A program made the translations under genes and the position numbers. Below, piece after piece: positions 10,471 through 19,753 of a stretch of DNA of 64,000 nt. Below the pieces are notes generated by a model, which searched no databases, was not told the DNA's origin, and saw nothing but the letters and a program-made list of their open reading frames with translations. Numbering within the stretch: position 1 is the first letter of the stretch; each line of letters starts with the position of its first letter. The stretch comes from Lachnospiraceae bacterium (GTDB lineage: Bacteria; Bacillota; Clostridia; Lachnospirales; Lachnospiraceae), in contig JBMNRD010000004.1 of assembly GCA_050944475.1 (NCBI GenBank), forward strand, positions 113,963-177,962, read 5' to 3'.

Positions 10471-10784
10471 TTACACTAAAAATTTTAGATTTAGAGATAA
10501 CAATATCAGAGCAGCATAAGCAATTTTTAACCTCTCTATTGTATTTTCTATATAAGTTACCATCTCATCCGTTGAGGTAACAGGATATTTAGCATTAATC
10601 TTTACCTTTTGATTAAGTAAATTCCGAACGTCTTAACAATACTGAATTCTTGTCCTTAAAAAAAAGTGCTTTTCTCATTTCTAAAAAAATATGATATCGA
10701 TTTTTCTTAAGGTAAATTAAAAATGGAACGTATTACCATCTCCAATTCTTTATAAGCTTGAATATATTTATCAGCATTGCCCAT
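10471..10784 (-). pseudogene. decayed small ORF, possibly a second HEPN-like gene
   Basis: AAGGAG-N9-ATG follows the TGA of the upstream gene directly. The ORF reads MGNADKYIQAYKELEMVIRSIFNLP*, then EKSISYFFRNEKSTFF*. After a frame change it reads DVRNLLNQKVKINAKYPVTSTDEMVTYIENTIERLK. That is two in-frame stops plus a frameshift, and the RNxxxH-like motif carries Q in place of H. Confidence 0.35.
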
Positions 10785-10799
10785 TCTTTATCACTCCTT

Positions 10800-11711
10800 T
10801 CAAAAAAACTCTTCTTTCTTAGAAAGTATAATTTTTTTCCACTCTGCTAATATTTCCAAACTAATAATTCCACGTGCAGATACCTTGCCTTGATAAACAT
10901 CTTGAAATATAAAATAATTTTGAAATCCATCTTCAATTATTAAAAATGAACCATGTGCAATAGAATTACGTAAATGCCTAAACAAACTTAAATATTGATT
11001 TTTTAGAGAGTCAACCATAACGACCCTCCCTTCTCTATTCAAATTATCTAACATATGTTCATTTAATTTAAATAACTGAAATTCCTCTACCCTTTCCTTA
11101 AGATCATCATTATTTCCTGCAATTCCTCCAGTATTGTCATTTATCCCCTTCACTTTAAACTCTGATAACTTAGCTCTTAATTGTTCTCTATCTCCTCTCT
11201 TAAAACAATCTTTACCCCAAAGAGCATAAACATCTGTAAATTGTTTTGTTGGTGTGCTTTCTTCCTTTGCAGGAGAATTTAATAAATAAAACCTTAAAAT
11301 GTTATTATATTTATCTATTAAATTCTTCTTATTTAGCTTCCAGATAGAATCATCCCAAGTTTTAGCTTTAACATCTCCACTACAATATCTTGAACTTGAC
11401 CTGGTCTCAACATCTATTTCATTATTTTTCTTTTGATATACACGTAAATAATAAGTTCGTTGCAAAGCATAACCTTTTTCTTTATGACCTTTTTTTATCA
11501 AATAAACTCTAAAAAATTTAGGAAGTTTTTCATTGAGTGTTAAATCAAATCTAAAACCATCTGTTACCATAAACTCATCTTGCACTATCTTCCAGTCCTT
11601 TTCACAAAGAACACTTCTTTCAATTTGATATTTATTAAAATCCAAACTTTTATTTTTATCAATTTCTACATATTTCTTATCTTTGGAAATTTTAAATTTT
11701 ATACGAGTCAT
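10800..11711 (-). CDS. HEPN-motif protein with an unrecognised N-terminal domain (putative RNase effector)
   Basis: 303 aa. The C-terminal helix region LFRHLR248NSIAH253GSF fits the R-x4-H HEPN signature (DNA CGTAATTCTATTGCACAT at 10970-10953). The first ~200 aa are beta-rich and lysine-rich with no motif I recognise. SD GGGAG lies 6 nt upstream of the ATG. Confidence 0.55.
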   Translation of the reverse strand: MTRIKFKISKDKKYVEIDKNKSLDFNKYQIERSVLCEKDWKIVQDEFMVTDGFRFDLTLNEKLPKFFRVYLIKKGHKEKGYALQRTYYLRVYQKKNNEIDVETRSSSRYCSGDVKAKTWDDSIWKLNKKNLIDKYNNILRFYLLNSPAKEESTPTKQFTDVYALWGKDCFKRGDREQLRAKLSEFKVKGINDNTGGIAGNNDDLKERVEEFQLFKLNEHMLDNLNREGRVVMVDSLKNQYLSLFRHLRNSIAHGSFLIIEDGFQNYFIFQDVYQGKVSARGIISLEILAEWKKIILSKKEEFF

Positions 11712-11761
11712 AATATCTCCCTAAATACTCATATTTATATTTATGTTTATATTCTCTACTG

Positions 11762-11813
11762 GGAAACGCACTTTCGAAAGTCCACCGCCTGGACTTCTGA
11801 GGATGCGGTTTCC
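11762..11813 (-). promoter_or_regulatory. extended imperfect hairpin in the leader of the HEPN gene
   Basis: Basal stem GGAAAC(C)GCA (11813-11804) pairs with UGCGUUUCC (11770-11762). Apical stem GAAGUCCA-GGCGG-UGGACUUU spans 11797-11777. No U-tract follows, so it is not a classical terminator. Confidence 0.4.
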
Positions 11814-11941
11814 ACTACATAAACTCTTATCATAAAACTCTACTCAGCCGTGAAATTCTGACTCTAGCTTGTACTTACTTGTCTCTCTCAACCTCTATGA
11901 AACAGCACCTCAGTTTTCTAATCGACACGAGTTTCTGGCAG

Positions 11942-11996
11942 AAAGAGTACCTACGCCTCGAATAGCGCCCTTCGGGCTTACTTGCGTTCGGCACTC
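11942..11996 (-). terminator. possible guaA terminator (weak)
   Basis: GAGUGCC (11996-11990) pairs with GGUACUC (11951-11945). An inner ACGC/GCGU stem and a GCCC-GAA-GGGC hairpin lie inside. Only UUUCU follows. Confidence 0.3.
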
Positions 11997-12970
11997 TACT
12001 CCCACTCAATACTACTCGTCGGTTTATCTGATATATCCCACAGCACCCTGTTAATCCCCGGAACATTTTCGATAATGCGGTCTCTGATGGTGCAAAGCAT
12101 CTCCCATGGAAGCTCCATCGACCGGGCGGTTACGGCATCAACCGTATTAACCGCGCGGATGACGGCCGCCCATCCCATGTGGCGTTTGCCGTCTTTGACA
12201 CCGGTGGAAACCAGATCCGGAATGGCTACGTAATACTGCCACGGTGTCGGGTCCATTTTGTCGATTTCTTCTCTGGCGATGGCATCAGCCTCGCGGACTG
12301 CTTCCAGGCGCTCTCTGGTGATGGCGCCGGTGCATCTTACACCAAGGCCCGGGCCCGGAAAAGGCTGACGATAAACCATTTTATCGGGAAGTCCGAGAGC
12401 CTTTCCAACCACCCTGACTTCATCCTTGTAAAGGAATTTTATCGGTTCGCACAGTTCAAACTGCATATCCTCCGGCAGGCCGCCCACGTTGTGGTGTGCC
12501 TTAACTCCGTCGCTTTCTATGATGTCCGGATAAATGGTTCCCTGAGCAAGAAATTCGACTCCCTCCAATTTGCGCGCCTCTTCTTCAAATACTCTGATGA
12601 ATTCCGCGCCGATGATTTTTCTCTTCTGTTCCGGGTCCGCAACGCCCGCCAGCTTGTCTAAAAATCTGTCAACCGCATCCACATATACAAGATTGGCATC
12701 CAGCTCGTCTCTGAATACGCGCACGACCTCTTCCGGCTCTCCCTTGCGAAGCAGGCCGTTATTTACGTGAACGCAGGTAAGCTGTCTGCCGATTGCCTTT
12801 ATAAGCAGAGCGGCAACTACTGACGAGTCAACACCGCCGGACAGCGCAAGCAGAACTTTTTTATCGCCGACCTGAGCCCTTATCCCGGCTACCTTCTCCT
12901 CAATGAAAATCCGGGCATGCTCCGGGGTTGTGATACGGACCATTGTTTCCGGACGTACATTTTCTGACAT
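11996..12970 (-). CDS. guaA: GMP synthase ATP-pyrophosphatase plus dimerisation domains only (no GATase domain)
   Basis: 324 aa. It has the PP-loop LALSGGVDSSV and ends in the canonical GuaA C-terminus SSIEWE. ATG at 12970 follows AGGGGGA, and an in-frame TAG lies 5 codons upstream. Confidence 0.85.
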   Translation of the reverse strand: MSENVRPETMVRITTPEHARIFIEEKVAGIRAQVGDKKVLLALSGGVDSSVVAALLIKAIGRQLTCVHVNNGLLRKGEPEEVVRVFRDELDANLVYVDAVDRFLDKLAGVADPEQKRKIIGAEFIRVFEEEARKLEGVEFLAQGTIYPDIIESDGVKAHHNVGGLPEDMQFELCEPIKFLYKDEVRVVGKALGLPDKMVYRQPFPGPGLGVRCTGAITRERLEAVREADAIAREEIDKMDPTPWQYYVAIPDLVSTGVKDGKRHMGWAAVIRAVNTVDAVTARSMELPWEMLCTIRDRIIENVPGINRVLWDISDKPTSSIEWE

Positions 12971-13150
12971 GAGATTGTCCCCCTAAACTAAATATACCAG
13001 CCAAAATCAAAATATCTCAACTAAATCAAGCCTTTTAGACGGGCTCTCTAAAAATATCTGCTGCCGAATGCAGCACAGCCTTCACCCGGCATATCCTGTC
13101 CGTGGCGGCCGTTATGCAGCGGTGGCACTCTTGCTAATAAAATAGCATAT

Positions 13151-16048
13151 TTACAAATGTTTTTGCAAAAATCTTCCGGTGAAGCTGTCGGGATTCATCG
13201 CAATTTCCTCCGGCGTTCCCGTGGCAATGACAGTGCCTCCCTTGTCACCGCCCTCCGGCCCGAGGTCAATTATGCAATCCGCCATCTTTATCACTTCCAT
13301 ATTGTGTTCAATGACAACAACCGAATTGCCGCTGTCGCTCAGCCGTCTGAGAATGTCCACTAATTTGTGAACATCGGCAAAATGCAGGCCGGTTGTGGGT
13401 TCGTCAAGTATATACATCGTCTTTCCCGTGGGTCTGCGGCTAAGCTCCGTGGCAAGCTTAACCCTTTGCGCCTCACCCCCCGACAGGGTGGTTGAGGACT
13501 GCCCCAGCTTAATATACGACAGGCCTACCTCGTCCAGAGTCTTAATCTTATTATATACCTTGGGCACGTTTTTAAAGAACTTCAGGGCCTCTTCCACCGT
13601 CATGTCTAAAACGTCAAAAATATTCTTGCCCTTGTACTTTACCTCAAGGGTCTCTTTATTGTACCTCCTGCCCCTGCAGGTTTCGCATTTTACGTAAACA
13701 TCCGGGAGGAAATGCATGGCAATCTTGATAATGCCGTCGCCGGCGCAGGATTCGCACCTGCCGCCCTTGACATTGAAACTGAACCGTCCCTTATTGTAAC
13801 CCCTGATTTTGGCATCCGTGGTTTGGGCAAACAAATCCCTTATCAGATCGAACACCCCCGTATAGGTGGCCGGATTGGACCGGGGAGTCCTTCCTATAGG
13901 GCTCTGGTCAATGACAATGACCTTGTCAAGCTGCTCGACCCCTATAATCCTTTGATGTTTCCCGGGAATCGTATGGGCGCGGTTCAATGTCCTGGCAAGG
14001 GATTTGCTGAGAATTTCATTTACCAGAGAAGATTTGCCCGAACCGGACACGCCGGTTACCGCAGTCATTACCCCCAGCGGGAACCTGACATTTATATTTT
14101 TCAGGTTGTTTTCCCTTGCGCCCTGAACCTCAATCCATCCTTTCGGCTCGCGCCTTTCCGAGGGCACCGGAATAACTCTTCTTCCGGCAAGATAGTCTCC
14201 GGTAACGGACTCGGGACAATCCATAATATCCTGAGCCGTTCCGATAGCCACAATCTCCCCGCCGTGGTCACCGGCACCCGGTCCGATGTCCACAACACAG
14301 TCCGCCTGTTTTATGGTTTCTTCGTCGTGCTCGACAATTATCAGCGTGTTTCCAAGGTCACACAGCTTTTTCAGGGTCGCCAGCAGCTTTTCGTTATCAC
14401 GCTGATGAAGACCGATGCTTGGCTCATCCAGAATGTACAGCACTCCCGTAAGACCGGAGCCGATCTGGGTTGCAAGCCTTATCCTCTGGGACTCGCCTCC
14501 CGACAAAGAGGCGGCATAGCGGGTCAGCGTCAGATATTCCAGACCCACATCAAGTAGAAAGGTAAGCCTTTCCCTCACTTCCTTAAGAATAGGCGTGGCA
14601 ATTTCCGTCTTCATTTTTGAAAGTTTGAGATTGGAAAGAAAATCTCTGCTTTCCCGAATTGTCATATCGGATACTTCAAATATATTCTTCCCCCCTACGG
14701 TAACCGCAAGGCTTTCCTTTTTAAGACGCCTGCCGCCGCATTCCTCACAGGGGCTGATTCTCATAAATTCCTCATACTCGTGCCTGAAGCTTTCCGGACA
14801 TTCCCTGTATCTTCTTTTGCTGTTCTCAATCAGACCCTCGAAAATAATCGGATAAACCCCCTTGCCTCTCTGGCTGGTGTAGTGAACATCCACAGAAACG
14901 GTATCACCCTTCCAGAAAATATCCTGAATCTTCCTGGGCAATTTGTTGAAAGGAGTGTCCAGGCTGAATCCGTGAGCCTCGGACAAGGCAACCAGTATGG
15001 CATTGGTAAAGCTGCCCGCCTTTTTTGCGCTGCCCCAGCCCACAATCGCTATTGCTCCCTCATTCAGGCTGAGGCTCGGATCAGGCATGATAAGCTCCGG
15101 GTCAAATTCCATCTTGTAGCCCAACCCGGCGCAGGCAGGACATGCTCCGAAGGGATTGTTAAATGAAAAGCTTCGCGGCTCGATTTCAGCTATGCTGATG
15201 CCGCAGTCGGGACAGCTGAAACTGCTTGAAAAATGGATTTCGTTGTTGTCATCCACAATCAGGCTTCTGTCCTCACCCACTGCAAGGGTTTGGCCGGTGG
15301 CCTCCTCACCTTCAGGCCAACCCGCAACCTCCACAGTCATCAGCCCCTCCGCCATGGAAAGAATTGTTTCCACAGAGTCGGCCATTCGGGATTCTATCCC
15401 CTCTTTTATTACAAGGCGATCCACGATTATGTCAATGTTGTGTTTATTGTTCTTGTTCAGCTTGATTTCCTCGTCCAGCTCGTACACTTCCCCGTTAATG
15501 CGGACACGCACGTAACCGGATTTTCCGGCGGATTCGAGAAGCTTTGTATGCTCTCCCTTCCGTCCCCGCACAACCGGAGCCAGCAGCTGGATTCTGGTTC
15601 CTTTCGGCAGACACATGAGTGCCTCCACCATCTGGTCTACGCTCTGCCGGGTAATTTCCCTGCCGCATACAGGGCAGTGCGGTACGCCTACCCGCGCATA
15701 GAGCAATCTTAAATAATCATGTATTTCCGTCACGGTTCCCACGGTTGACCTCGGGTTCCTGTTGGTGGACTTCTGGTCAATGGAAATGGCCGGAGAAAGG
15801 CCCTCTATCGATTCTACGCGGGGCTTTTCCATCTGTCCCAGGAATTGCCTTGCATAGGATGACAAAGACTCCATATAGCGTCTCTGGCCCTCCGCATAGA
15901 TGGTGTCAAAGGCCAAAGAAGATTTCCCCGAGCCCGACAGACCGGTGAAAACCACCATTTCATTTCTGGGAATGTCCAGATTTATGTTTTTGAGATTATT
16001 CTCCGATGCGCCTTTTATTCTGATATACTTTTGTTCCTTAGCTGCCAT
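13151..16048 (-). CDS. uvrA: excinuclease ABC subunit A
   Basis: 965 aa with two ABC modules ([12 protein letters not shown] and [10 protein letters not shown]) and Zn-finger CxxC pairs. Confidence 0.95.
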   Translation of the reverse strand: MAAKEQKYIRIKGASENNLKNINLDIPRNEMVVFTGLSGSGKSSLAFDTIYAEGQRRYMESLSSYARQFLGQMEKPRVESIEGLSPAISIDQKSTNRNPRSTVGTVTEIHDYLRLLYARVGVPHCPVCGREITRQSVDQMVEALMCLPKGTRIQLLAPVVRGRKGEHTKLLESAGKSGYVRVRINGEVYELDEEIKLNKNNKHNIDIIVDRLVIKEGIESRMADSVETILSMAEGLMTVEVAGWPEGEEATGQTLAVGEDRSLIVDDNNEIHFSSSFSCPDCGISIAEIEPRSFSFNNPFGACPACAGLGYKMEFDPELIMPDPSLSLNEGAIAIVGWGSAKKAGSFTNAILVALSEAHGFSLDTPFNKLPRKIQDIFWKGDTVSVDVHYTSQRGKGVYPIIFEGLIENSKRRYRECPESFRHEYEEFMRISPCEECGGRRLKKESLAVTVGGKNIFEVSDMTIRESRDFLSNLKLSKMKTEIATPILKEVRERLTFLLDVGLEYLTLTRYAASLSGGESQRIRLATQIGSGLTGVLYILDEPSIGLHQRDNEKLLATLKKLCDLGNTLIIVEHDEETIKQADCVVDIGPGAGDHGGEIVAIGTAQDIMDCPESVTGDYLAGRRVIPVPSERREPKGWIEVQGARENNLKNINVRFPLGVMTAVTGVSGSGKSSLVNEILSKSLARTLNRAHTIPGKHQRIIGVEQLDKVIVIDQSPIGRTPRSNPATYTGVFDLIRDLFAQTTDAKIRGYNKGRFSFNVKGGRCESCAGDGIIKIAMHFLPDVYVKCETCRGRRYNKETLEVKYKGKNIFDVLDMTVEEALKFFKNVPKVYNKIKTLDEVGLSYIKLGQSSTTLSGGEAQRVKLATELSRRPTGKTMYILDEPTTGLHFADVHKLVDILRRLSDSGNSVVVIEHNMEVIKMADCIIDLGPEGGDKGGTVIATGTPEEIAMNPDSFTGRFLQKHL

Positions 16049-16083
16049 GCCGTTTCCTGTCTGCTGCCTTTATTTGCCCTCTA

Positions 16084-18063
16084 TTAATCCAATTTTCCCC
16101 TCAGCTCCAGCATCTGGTCGCGAAGCTGAGCCGCTGTTTCAAAATCAAGGTCTGAGGCGGCCTTCTCCATTTGCCTGCGTACCTTTGCAATCACAGTCTC
16201 CAACTCCTTGCGAGTCATGGACTCGGGATCCTTCTCCAATCTGTTGTATACCTGTGCCGCTTCCTTGGTAATGCTGATCAGGTCGCGGACTGATTTTTTG
16301 ATGCTTGTGGGGGTAATCCCGTGCTCCTCATTGTATTCCTGCTGTATTCTGCGGCGACGATTCGTCTCATCTATCGCCGCCTGCATGGAATCCGTAATCG
16401 TCTCTGCATACATTATTACGTGGCCCTCGGCATTCCGCGAGGCTCTTCCGACTGTCTGTATAAGACTGGTCTCGCTTCGCAAAAAGCCCTCTTTGTCCGC
16501 GTCAAGAATTGCCACCAAGGAAATCTCCGGAATGTCCAGGCCCTCCCTGAGCAGGTTGATTCCGACAAGGACATCGAACACGTCAAGACGCATGTCCCTA
16601 ATGATCTCCGTCCGTTCAAGGGCCGCTATGTCGGAATGAAGATATCTTACTCTGACCCCGGCCTCTCTCAGATAATCCGTCAGGTCCTCGGCCATTTTTT
16701 TTGTCAACGTGGTCACGAGCACTTTATTGCCCTTATCCGCCTCTTTGTGTATTTCACTCAAAAGGTCGTCAATCTGACCCTGCACCGGCCGCACAAATAT
16801 CTCCGGATCGACCAGCCCCGTAGGCCTGATTATCTGCTCCGTCCTCATCAGCTCGTGAGCGGCCTCGTATTTTCCCGGAGTTGCCGAAACGAACAGCATC
16901 CTGTCAATTTTGCTCTCAAATTCCCCGAAATTCAACGGCCTGTTGTCCAGAGCCGAGGGCAGGCGGAAACCGAATTCCACTAATGTCTCTTTCCTGGAGC
17001 GGTCTCCCGAGTACATTGCGCCTATCTGGGGAATGGTCATATGGGACTCATCCACAATAATAAGGAATTCATTCCTGAAAAAATCAATCAGCGTTGCGGG
17101 CGGAACTCCCGGCGCCAGTCCGGTCAGATGCCTTGAGTAATTTTCTATCCCGGAGCATACTCCCGTTTCGCGGAGCATCTCCATGTCAAAATTTGTCCTT
17201 TCCCAAATGCGCTGAGCCTCCAGGAGTTTGTCCTCGCTGCGGAAATATTCCACCCTCTCATTCAGCTCCTTTGCAATGCCTTTCAGCGCCTTGTCCATCC
17301 GATCCTGCGGCACCACATAATAAGATGCCGGAAGAATGGCCACGTGCTCCATCCGGGCCCTTACCTCACCGGTCAGGATATCCACTTGGGTTATTCTGTC
17401 TATTTCGTCCCCGAAAAACTCTATGCGTATGGCGTTCTTGACGGTGGTAGCGGGCAATACCTCGATAATATCACCGCGCACACGGAAAGTTCCGCGCCGG
17501 AAATCCATGTCATTTCTTTCATATTGTATCTTAATCAAATCCCGGATAACCCGGTTTCTCTCCTTCTTCATTCCGGGTCGGAGAGAAACGCATTGCCTGG
17601 CGTATTCTTCCGGGTCGCCTATTCCGTAAATGCAGGATACGGACGCGATGATAATTACGTCCTTTCTCTCGACAAGGGATGTAGTGGCGGAGTGCCTCAG
17701 CCTGTCTATTTCGTCGTTTATGGAGGAGTCCTTTTCTATGTATGTGTCGGTGGAGGGTACATAGGCCTCCGGCTGGTAGTAGTCATAATATGAAATGAAA
17801 TATTCGACAGCGTTATCCGGGAAAAACTCCTTGAACTCGCTGTACAGCTGGGCCGCCAAAGTCTTGTTGTGAGCAATAACAAGGGTGGGGCAGTTCAGCT
17901 CCTGTATAACATTTGCCATGGTAAATGTCTTTCCCGAGCCCGTCACTCCAAGAAGAGTCTGAAACTGGTTGCCCTCCCTGAAGCCCTCCACGAGCTCTTT
18001 TATGGCTCTCGGCTGGTCGCCTGTAGGTCTGTATTCCGATACCAGATTGAATCTGTCCGCCAT
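16084..18063 (-). CDS. uvrB: excinuclease ABC subunit B
   Basis: ORF 16084..18096. It has the helicase motif GVTGSGKT and the C-terminal UVR domain. The likely start is ATG at 18063 (MADRFNL) after AGGAGA. Confidence 0.95.
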   Translation of the reverse strand: MADRFNLVSEYRPTGDQPRAIKELVEGFREGNQFQTLLGVTGSGKTFTMANVIQELNCPTLVIAHNKTLAAQLYSEFKEFFPDNAVEYFISYYDYYQPEAYVPSTDTYIEKDSSINDEIDRLRHSATTSLVERKDVIIIASVSCIYGIGDPEEYARQCVSLRPGMKKERNRVIRDLIKIQYERNDMDFRRGTFRVRGDIIEVLPATTVKNAIRIEFFGDEIDRITQVDILTGEVRARMEHVAILPASYYVVPQDRMDKALKGIAKELNERVEYFRSEDKLLEAQRIWERTNFDMEMLRETGVCSGIENYSRHLTGLAPGVPPATLIDFFRNEFLIIVDESHMTIPQIGAMYSGDRSRKETLVEFGFRLPSALDNRPLNFGEFESKIDRMLFVSATPGKYEAAHELMRTEQIIRPTGLVDPEIFVRPVQGQIDDLLSEIHKEADKGNKVLVTTLTKKMAEDLTDYLREAGVRVRYLHSDIAALERTEIIRDMRLDVFDVLVGINLLREGLDIPEISLVAILDADKEGFLRSETSLIQTVGRASRNAEGHVIMYAETITDSMQAAIDETNRRRRIQQEYNEEHGITPTSIKKSVRDLISITKEAAQVYNRLEKDPESMTRKELETVIAKVRRQMEKAASDLDFETAAQLRDQMLELRGKLD

Positions 18064-18111
18064 AATTCTCCTGTGCTCATTCACGGCATTCAACACCTTG
18101 CTGCTGTGGCA

Positions 18112-18120
18112 TTATATCAC
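18112..18120 (-). promoter_or_regulatory. extended -10 element (TGaTATAAT) upstream of uvrB
   Basis: The minus strand reads TGATATAAT about 50 nt upstream of the uvrB ATG, inside the 70-nt yolD-uvrB gap. Confidence 0.45.
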
Positions 18121-18166
18121 ATAACCATTGCATGGATAGTACATACTTGCGGAAACCCGCGCTCTA

Positions 18167-18403
18167 TTATTTCCGGGCGTCCTCCTCGAAAATATCAATC
18201 CCCGGTGCGTCCTCGGCACATAAATAATTAAAGTCCTCAAAATTGCGGATACGTTCCGGATCTTTTGTAGAATGATTATCTATTATTTCACTCATGGCTC
18301 CTTCCAGTGAGCCAAGCGCCGCATACGGGGCGAACTGCTTGGCCCTTTCTCCCACGTCCATGGGAGGCCTGACTTTTGGCGGCCTTTCTGTCCTTGTCAT
18401 CAT
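18167..18403 (-). CDS. YolD-like protein
   Basis: 78 aa with the motif RAKQFAPYAALGSLEG. Its ATGA overlaps the upstream Y-family polymerase, the usual YolD context. Confidence 0.6.
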   Translation of the reverse strand: MMTRTERPPKVRPPMDVGERAKQFAPYAALGSLEGAMSEIIDNHSTKDPERIRNFEDFNYLCAEDAPGIDIFEEDARK

Positions 18404-19719
18404 GACTGCTCCTCCGGCCTTTGCAGCGTTTCATCACCTTCCTGCGGTAAGGCCGAACTCCTGTGCCCTCCAATCTGAGCATTTCTCTCAACCGTTGTCC
18501 CCGCCTTTTCAAGGTTCATGCCTTTAAGAAGCGCATTCTTGCCGTATTTGGTTTTTATTTCAATGGCTGCTTCCTGCAGCTTTCTGTCCTTTTCCATAAT
18601 CCGCAAACCGGTAAACAAATCGGTCTGCTCCATTTCCTCACCCTGCAGGTTGTTAAATCCGATATAGACCCTTCTGTAATAAATGTCCCTGTCCGCAATC
18701 TCATCATAGAGCTTTATCATGGCCTCACCCAGAATCCTGTTGGAACTGGTTCTGACAGTCAATGTGCGGCTCGATGAAATGGGCTTCCTGTCAATTCCGT
18801 AAGTATAACCCAGCGTCAGGGAAATATTGTCTGTCACCTTATGCTTGCTGACCAGCTCCAGACAGAGCAGGTCGCACATTTCTTTTACAATCAATCTGCA
18901 ATCCGTCCAGTTATAATCCCTCATAAGCACCTGTCCGCTTGAAATGGATTCGGACTTTGTTCTGTATCTCTTAATATCTCCTATTGTCGTGGGTTCAATT
19001 CCCCAGGCATGGTCCATCAAAAGCTCGGCATTTACTCCAAATAATCTGAACAACAGGTTTTCATCGGACATGGCGATATCCCTCATAGTATAAATGCCTA
19101 TCCCTTCGAGACGCTTTCGAGTTCCCTTTCCGACCATCCAGAAGTCTGTCAGCGGTCTGTGGTCCCATAACTGCTTTTTATAACTGTCCTCATCCAGCAT
19201 TCCGATAAAATCCGGTGAGCGTTTTGCCAAAATATCCAATGCGATCTTGGCAAGATACAGATTGGTTCCTATGCCGCAGGTAGCCGAAAGACCGAGGCTG
19301 TCGTAAATATCTTTCAGGATGATTTTTGCCAGCTCCTTAACCGGCAACCTATACAGACTCAGATAATGAGTCGCATCTATGAAGACCTCGTCCACCGAAT
19401 ATACGTGAATGTCCTCCGGGGAGAAATATTTCAGGTAGATATTATATACCTTCATGCTGTAGTTAATATAGAGCTGCATTCTGGGGGGCGCCGTGATGAA
19501 CTTGATATGCTTCGGAATCTGGAACAGCCGGCATCTGTTGGGAACGCCCAGCTTTTTAATGGCCGGCGAGGCCGCCAGGCAAATGGTTTTCTCCGTGCGT
19601 ACTGGGTCGGCAACCACAAGATTGCAGGTCATGGGATCCAAGCCTCTCTCCACGCATTCCACAGAGGCAAAAAAAGATTTTAAATCTATGCAGATACAGG
19701 CGCCGGTTTTTTCAGACAT
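18400..19719 (-). CDS. Y-family (UmuC/DinB-like) translesion DNA polymerase
   Basis: ORF 18400..19791. The N-terminus CIDLKSFFASVE and the later motif YSVDEVFID are typical of the family. The likely start is ATG at 19719 after GGAGAGGGG. Confidence 0.85.
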   Translation of the reverse strand: MSEKTGACICIDLKSFFASVECVERGLDPMTCNLVVADPVRTEKTICLAASPAIKKLGVPNRCRLFQIPKHIKFITAPPRMQLYINYSMKVYNIYLKYFSPEDIHVYSVDEVFIDATHYLSLYRLPVKELAKIILKDIYDSLGLSATCGIGTNLYLAKIALDILAKRSPDFIGMLDEDSYKKQLWDHRPLTDFWMVGKGTRKRLEGIGIYTMRDIAMSDENLLFRLFGVNAELLMDHAWGIEPTTIGDIKRYRTKSESISSGQVLMRDYNWTDCRLIVKEMCDLLCLELVSKHKVTDNISLTLGYTYGIDRKPISSSRTLTVRTSSNRILGEAMIKLYDEIADRDIYYRRVYIGFNNLQGEEMEQTDLFTGLRIMEKDRKLQEAAIEIKTKYGKNALLKGMNLEKAGTTVERNAQIGGHRSSALPQEGDETLQRPEEQS

Positions 19720-19739
19720 TTTCCCCTCTCCGAGCGTTA

Positions 19740-19753
19740 CAAACATTTGTTCG
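19740..19753 (-). promoter_or_regulatory. LexA (Cheo-type) box candidate CGAACAAATGTTTG
   Basis: One mismatch to CGAAC-N4-GTTCG. It lies 21 nt upstream of the polymerase ATG. Confidence 0.55.

Larger units (their letters stand above)
7980..11760. other. AT-rich accessory islet (probable horizontally acquired DNA; no recombinase seen)
   Basis: Hand counts of 60-nt lines give about 23-33% G+C inside. Lines in guaA/uvrA give about 55%, and the two boundary lines give 42-53%. Boundaries are compositional only. Confidence 0.6.

Noticed and set aside
11771-11780. TTCGAA in CTTTCGAAAG, reminiscent of a tRNA T-loop, considered as a tRNA fragment or att site.
   Set aside because: The flanking bases do not form a T-arm or any other tRNA arm.
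7961-11815. 8-bp direct repeat TTTCCACT near both islet edges (about 7961 and about 11808), considered as possible att sites.
   Set aside because: About one 8-mer match is expected by chance between two ~300-bp windows. There is no extended similarity and no integrase.
12971-13150. Possible purine or ZTP riboswitch in the guaA 5' region.
   Set aside because: I found neither the guanine-riboswitch cores (UCUACC / CCGUAAA-type junctions) nor a convincing ZTP GGGUCGUGA / CCGCCUGGGC pair. Only a small hairpin is present (GCTGC-ATTCG-GCAGC followed by a T-run), which may be the uvrA terminator.
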